Shown here piece by piece: positions 51,139 to 64,000 of a DNA stretch of 64,000 bases (its first letter is position 1; each line of letters starts with the position of its first letter). Both the position numbers and the translations under genes were made by a program. The stretch comes from the human T2T-CHM13v2.0 reference genome, Homo sapiens. The notes below the pieces were generated by a model. That model was not told the origin of the DNA, made no database searches, and saw only the letters and a list, made by a program, of their open reading frames with translations. The stretch lies in NCBI RefSeq assembly GCF_009914755.1, contig NC_060928.1; one strand, given 5' to 3'.

Positions 51139-51858
51139 TGTAACCACCCAGCGAGTTCACCTTGCCCACTGCCTAAGACAGAGCTGATTTAACAAGACAG
51201 GGGAATTGCAATACAGGAAAAGTAATTCACGCAGAGCTGGCTGTGCGGGAGCCCAGAGTTATATTATTACTCAAATCAGTCTCCCCAAGCATTCGGGGAT
51301 TGGAGTTTTTAAAGATAATTTGGTGTGTTGGGTAGCGGGAGCAGTGGATCGGGAATGCTAATTGGTTGGGTTGAAGATGAAATCATAGGAAGTCGAAGTT
51401 GTCCTCTTGCATTGAGTCAGTTCCTGGATGGGGGCCACAGGATCAGATGAGCCAGTTTATCGATCTGGATGGTGCAAGCTAGTCCATCAAGTGCAGAGTC
51501 TGCAAAATATCTCAAGCACTGATCTTAGGTTTTACAATAGTGCCTCAGGAGCAATTTGGGGAGGGTCAGAATCTTGTAGCTTCCAGCTGCATGACTCCTA
51601 AACCATAATTTCTAATCTTGTGGCTAATTTGTTAGTCCTACAAATGCAGTCTAGTCCCCAGGAAAGACGGGGATTTGTTTTGGGAAGGGCTGTTAACATG
51701 TTTGTTTCAAACTATAAACTAAACTAAGTGTCTCCCAAAGTTAATTCTGGCTACACCCAGGAGTGAACAAGGACAGCTTGGAGGTTAGAAGCAAGATGGA
51801 GTTGGTTAGGTCAGATCTCTTTCACTGCCTTAGTTATGATTTTGCAATGATGGTTTCA
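51139..51858 (-). mobile_element. LTR8 (ERV1) 3' LTR
   Basis: Minus TGAAACCATCATTGCAAAATCATAAC...CAGTGAAAGAGATCTGACCTAACCAACTCCATCTTGCTTCTAACCTCC...GGTTACA; polypurine tract AAAGGGAGGGAC directly upstream. Confidence 0.85.
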
Positions 51859-54550
51859 GTCCCTCCCTTTGAGTTTTATAACACCTTATTCTTACGACGT
51901 GGTCTATGAAGATGGGAAAAGGCTGACCACTGCTCTGGCTTTTTCTTCCTGTCAGGGGACATAGTGGGAATAGGAGATGACCCCAAGGTGAGAAGAGTGG
52001 AACTGCTTTCCCAGATGTCTTAGAATACTCAGTGTGGGCTGGGCTGGGGTTCCAAGGCTTGTATGATAAAGGCATTAGTATTCTCATCTATAGTTTTAGT
52101 ACAGCATTTAAGCAAGCAGTGTACTATCGGGTAAATAATGAGTCCTAGGATAAGGAGTGCAATTCCTAGTTTTAAAAATAAAGATTTGAAAGCATTAGTT
52201 TGGGGACTTGTAGCCCACAAGGAATTTAAGATTTAGTTCAAATTGTAGAAAATAATAAAAACTCAAGAATAGCTAACAACAGTTGTACTATAGTTTTTGA
52301 AACATAATTTTCTCCCTCCAGTGCCCATTTTTATTAAAGATACATCATTATAGGACAAATTTACTTGTAAAATAAGTTATAGTTTTATTATGTTTGAGCT
52401 GATTATTTGCATAAAGTGCAGTAGGAATAATTTTTTGCCATATAGGCTCTTTTTTTAAATTGGCTTTGCTGAAACTTTCTTCTGTAAGGAATCTCAAATT
52501 GTACTTTTTAAAGCCTTGAAACTGAGCCACGGATTTTCTTTGCCTGCAAATACCAGTATGAGTTGGGTGCATTTCCCTCCTCTTGAGGTCCCCAAGATAA
52601 CTTGGGGTTCCTGGGCCTGTCAGAAAGTGACATTCTTTACTTACCACCAGTCAGGAACCCTGAACAGGGAATGTGTAGACGAAGTATGAGGCCAACTTTC
52701 CCAAGGGGCTTTTACTGGCTCTATAAGTCAACCTTGATCTTTAAAGAAAGTATGCCATTCCAGTCAAAAACTTGGTAAAATAACCAGTTTCTCCAATTGT
52801 GCCTTGTTACAAAAGAAAACAGATTCTTATTGTACTCATGCAAATAACTATACTGCCATAAGTTGAGAATACTCACAAATAGTTTTTATATTAGGGAGAA
52901 ATCACATAGAGAAAAAGCAATATGCTCCACATTTTCCTTCCAAGAGTATAATTTATTCAATTGCTAAAAGTTTTAAATAGATAAAAAGGAAAAAGTTTTC
53001 TTGACTCTGAGAAGCAAAAGAATTATTAACACATCAGTTCTCCTTGAGAGTCCTAGAAGTTTGTTTTTTTTCCTCTATTCCGATAACACAATTTCTAAGA
53101 TTATCAGAGACCTGCATTCAAGAGTACCCATCAGAGTCCTATATCTGATTATAAATTGCATTCTGAAAAGGGTCAAAACAAGACAACAATTGTCCATGGA
53201 TGACAGAAGTCTCAGGACAGCCATAGTTAAAGATGCAATCAACAAGAAAATCTGGCATCTCTGTGATACACAACAAATTAACATAACAATTACAGTTTTT
53301 GCTAACATATATTGAGACATATCAAAATTATAGGAATCTTATATAATTTCATAACACATACAAATACATATTTATATAACTATAACCCAAAGAAAATTAA
53401 ATAGCATTTTATATTTGACAGTGCTCCCTTCATGATTTTAATACATCAAATAAGTGAAATGTGTCCTTTTTGGACTTAAAAGGACCTAATTTTTTTCTTT
53501 TTTTAACTTAACTTAGAATTTGATCTTAGAAGGTTTTACAAATATTAAAGGTTTAAAACACTGGATATCACAAAATAGAATCACAGATTATTCATTTAGC
53601 TGAAATGTTCAACTTATGTAAAAACTAAATAATACCCTTTTAGCTTTAGCCAATATGTTTACACACAGAATTTCTTTTATAAGATTAATCTTTCACAAAC
53701 CTTTCACAACTTGCTCAAACCTTTAGCTATATTCTGTCTAACTTAAAACAATCCAATCCTTTAATCCTCAAAACTAGACAAAACCCAAATTCCCATGCCT
53801 TTTTATAATCTTTTACCAAAAACACATTCTATTTTCCTTACACACCTGGCATGTAAAATTGTTTCCCCAGTAGTCTTAATTACATGTTTCAATGTTACTT
53901 TTAGCAACTTATATTTTTGGTAAAAATCTGGCAAGTAAGTAATTCTATTTATGTACCAGGTGTGGAGCCTAGAACACCAGAGAGAAGTGCAGATAAAGTT
54001 TGACTCTTTCCAGCATAGCTAGGGAGCATGGCTGACTCCGCATGTCCCCAGGCCTTACCTCAAAGTCAAAGAAGCAGTTTATGACATTAAAGCATTTAGC
54101 AAATCTAATCTCTGACTTACTTTAAATGTCTAAATTTGTCAAATGTCTAAATATTTTCAAATGTTTAAATTTTATAGACATTTTTATTTTACTAATAATC
54201 TTTAAAACCATCTTTATTTCCCAGGGATTACTAAAGTCATGTAAACTAAAAGGCATTAAAGTTTCTATTTTTCTGACAAAGCGTTTAAGCACTTATTATT
54301 TCTTAAGCCAATTAAACAGAGCGCTTTTCTAAACATCACACACAACACATAAAAATACACAGAAAGAAGAAGATTCAGCAGTTGTGACATTTTTTGTTTG
54401 CCAGTTTCTTAACTGGATTCCTGGCTTCAGGGTGGAGCCCTTCAAGGAACAGGGCCAGGACTAGGGCCCAATAAGCAGACACAGCTGAAAGGCAAAAACA
54501 GATCCCCAAAATTTAAGGTTCCATTTTTATACAGGATCTTGGATCCTCCC
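51859..54550 (-). mobile_element. ERV1 internal region (MER4-group/HUERS-like) with env TM remnant
   Basis: Follows PPT of LTR8; ORF 52029-52220 has a hydrophobic span then CLLKCC; AT-rich non-coding body. Confidence 0.65.
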
Positions 54551-56360
54551 TATAATGGGATTGCTGGGTTGAATGGTACTTCTGTCTTTAGCTATTTGAG
54601 GAATTACCACACTGCTTTCCACAATGGTTGAACTAATTTACCCTCCCACCAACAGCGTATTAAGTGTTTCCTTTTTGCTGCAACCTCACCAGCATCTGTT
54701 ATTTTTTGACTTTTTAGTAATTAATATCCATTCTGACTGGTGTGAGATGGTGTCTCATGGTGGGTTTGATTTGCATTTCTCTAATCAGTAATATTGAGCT
54801 TTTTCATATGTTTGTTTTCCACATGTATGTTTTCTTTTGAAAAGTATCTGTTCATGTCATTTGCCCACTTTTTAATGGGGTTGTTTTTTTTCTTGTAAAT
54901 TTGTTTAAGTTCTTTATAAATGCTGGATATTAGACCTTTGTCAGATGCATTGTTTGCAAAATTTTTCTCCCATTCTGTAGGTTGTCTGTTTACTCTGTTG
55001 ATAGTTTCTTTGTGCTGTGCAGAAGCTCTTAAATTTAATTCGATCTCTTTTGTCAATTTTTGCTTTTGTTGCAATTGTTTTTCGTGTCTTTGTCATGAAA
55101 TCTTTGCCATTTCTATGTCCAGAATGATATTGCCTAGATTGTCTTCCAGGGTTTTCATAGTTTGGGGTTTTACATTTAAGTCTTTAAACCATCTTGAGTT
55201 GACTTTTGTATATCGTGTAAGGAAGGGTCATTTTCAATCTTCTGCATATGGCTAGCCAGTTATCCCAGTATCATTTATTGAATAGGGAGTCATTTCCCCA
55301 TTGCTTGCTTTTGCCAGCTTTGTTGAAGATCACATGGTTGTAGGTGTGTGGCCTTATTTCTGCACTCTCTATTCTGTTTCATTGGTCTGTGTCTCTGTTT
55401 TTATACCAGTACCATGCTGTTTTGGTTACCATAGCCCTGTAGTATAGTTTGAAGTTGGGTAGGGTGATGCCTCCTGCTTTGTTCTTTTTGCTTAGGATTT
55501 CCCTGTCTATTCAGGTTGTGTTTTGGTTTCATGCAAACTTTAAAGTAGTTTTTTCTAGTTCTGTGAAGAATGTCATTTGTAGTTTGATAGGAATATCATG
55601 GAATCTGTAAATTGCTTTGGTCAGTATGGCCATTTTAATGATTAATTCTTTCTATCCATGAGCATAGAATGTTTTTCCATTTGTTTATGTCCTCTGATTT
55701 CTTTGAGCAGTATTTTGTAATTCTCATTTTAGAGATCTTTCACCTTCCTGGTTAGCTGTATTCCTAGGTATTTATTCTTTTTGTGGCAATTGTGAGTGGG
55801 ATTGTGTTTCTGATTTGGCTCTTGTCTTAGCTGTTGATTTTTGTGATTTTTGTATGTTGCTAGTTATTTCTGTATGTTGATTTTGTATCCTGAAACTTTG
55901 CTGATGTTCTTTATCAGCTTAAGGAGTTTTTGGGCCAAGACTATGATTTTCTAGTTACAGATTCCTGTGTCTGCAAATAGGGATAGTTTGACTTCCTCTC
56001 TTCCTAGTTGGATGCCTTTCTTTCTTTCTTTTGACTGATTGCTCTGGCCAGGACTTCCAGTACTATATTGAATAAGAGTGGTGAGAGAGGGCATCCTTGT
56101 CTTGTGCCAGTTTTCAAGGGGAATTCTTCCAGCTTTTCCCCATTTATTATGATATTTGCTGTGGGTTTGTTATAAATGGTTTATTATTTTGAAGTATGTT
56201 TCTTCAATACCTAGTTTATTGAGAGTTTTTAACATGAAGAGATGTTGAATTTTATCAAAAGCCTTTTCTGCATCTATTGAGATAAACATGTGGTTTTGGC
56301 TTTAGTTCTGTTTATGTGATGAATTACATTTATTGATTTGTGTATATTGAACCAACCTTG
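54551..56360 (-). mobile_element. L1P ORF2 fragment
   Basis: [15 protein letters not shown]...[19 protein letters not shown] (54781-55074); homologous to the other L1 copies. Confidence 0.88.
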
Positions 56361-59350
<2,990 letters not shown>

Positions 59351-59979
59351 TGACATCACTAGAGTGTTCTTGGTTTTAAAATGCATCTCTAATTCCCTGA
59401 ATAAACTATCAGCTGCTCAGGAATGATTCTTAGGGTGCTACAAGGGGAAAAGGGAAGGAAACTTTGCAAGTCATTTAGCTTATTTCACTGTCTCCAGAAA
59501 GAGCCTGACCCAGATTCCTTCACACAAATGGACCTCTGAATTCCATGTATCCAGCAATAAAGAGTATAGAGCTTTTGTTTTTAAGGTCATATGTTTTTCT
59601 TTTTTTCTCACAATTAGAGCCTACTGCATGTTCATTGTGGAGATTTTGGAAAATAGAAAAAAAATACAAAGAAGAAAAAAATCATCTACAGTCTCATATG
59701 CCTAGCAACAATTACTCCTAACAATCTGATGCATTTCTTTCTATTTCTTCCCTGTCTCTTTATTTATGTTTACACCCTTTACTTAATTGGGATAATAACC
59801 ATACACATGATTTTGTATTCTGCTTTTTTCACCCTACATTATATCATGGCTATTTTCTCAGGCAAATAAATATTTTTTGAAACACTCCTAACAATGCTTT
59901 GGGAACATTTTATTGAATGAATGTATCATACATAGTTTATTTCATCATTCTCTTGATAATAACCCTTTTTTTAAAACAA

Positions 59980-60190
59980 GTTTTATTTTATTTCATGTTT
60001 CAGGATACATGTGCAGGTTTGTTACATAGGCAAACATGTGTCATGGTGGTTTGCTGCACCTCTCAATCCATCACCTAGGTATTAAGCACTGCATGCATTA
60101 GCTATTTATCCTGATGCTCTCCCTCCCATTATCCCCCAACAGGACCCAGTGTGTGTTGTTCCCCTTTCTGTGTCCATGTGTTCTCATTTT
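59980..60190 (-). mobile_element. Short L1PA 3' end
   Basis: caggatacatgtgcaggtttgttacatagg...tgtccatgtgttctcat. Confidence 0.85.
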
Positions 60191-60373
60191 GAAGAAGTTT
60201 TTAAAAAAATTACCTTGCCTAAAATGTCACCAAACAAGTGTTAACATTATTTATATAGTACCTTCATATAGAAGCTAGATTAAAATTAAGACTTTTAATA
60301 ACACACATGAAATATGCAGTGCCCTGTGCTATATGCTATAAATTAAATGAAAAACTTGAAGTCCAGTTCTCTA

Positions 60374-60724
<351 letters not shown>

Positions 60725-61027
60725 TTAGGTTCATTATGGTATGTTTTATTAAAAATTGAGAGTTTTATATAGCTTAATACGTAGAACATATACCTTACAA
60801 TTTAGTACTTAAAATTAATTATTTTTAAACTCTATTTCTTTTACATTCTTTTTAATTTCTAAAACCATGTGAGGCAACTTACAATAAAATAAACTGCTAA
60901 AATAAGAGTGCAGACCATTATGAGAAAAGGAAAAAGACCGGAGTCTAGCCATAAAGTGTAAAGGAAGGAAGGAAAGAAGGAAGAAGAGACCTATGAAACC
61001 AGAAAACCTAACTTAAGAACAACTACT

Positions 61028-64000
<2,973 letters not shown>

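Noticed and set aside
54124-54172. Three imperfect aaatgtctaaat units
   Set aside because: Short AT-rich slippage within ERV internal sequence with no sign of function

Overview
Primate genomic DNA, almost certainly human 4q27, centred on the complete four-exon interleukin-2 gene (IL2, minus strand, about 19609-24626). The CDS is 462 nt (153 aa). It sits with its classic NFAT/AP-1/Oct/NF-kB/CD28RE promoter-enhancer and an AU-rich 3'UTR. The haplotype carries the synonymous c.114T allele. The rest of the window is intergenic and dominated by transposable elements: three long L1PA copies, older L1M/L2/MIR remnants, about 10 Alus, a near full-length Tigger1, MER8, Tigger4a, a deleted MADE1, THE1/MLT1 LTRs and nested ERV1 (LTR8/MER4-group) remnants. 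I found no second protein-coding gene and no convincing novel biological system. The best second-look items are candidate distal IL2 enhancers separated by a full-length L1, an unexplained 33-bp-arm inverted repeat, nested L1-in-L1 insertions, local duplications and a strong minus-strand bias of retroelements. Repeat subfamily names are recognised by eye and need RepeatMasker/Dfam confirmation.
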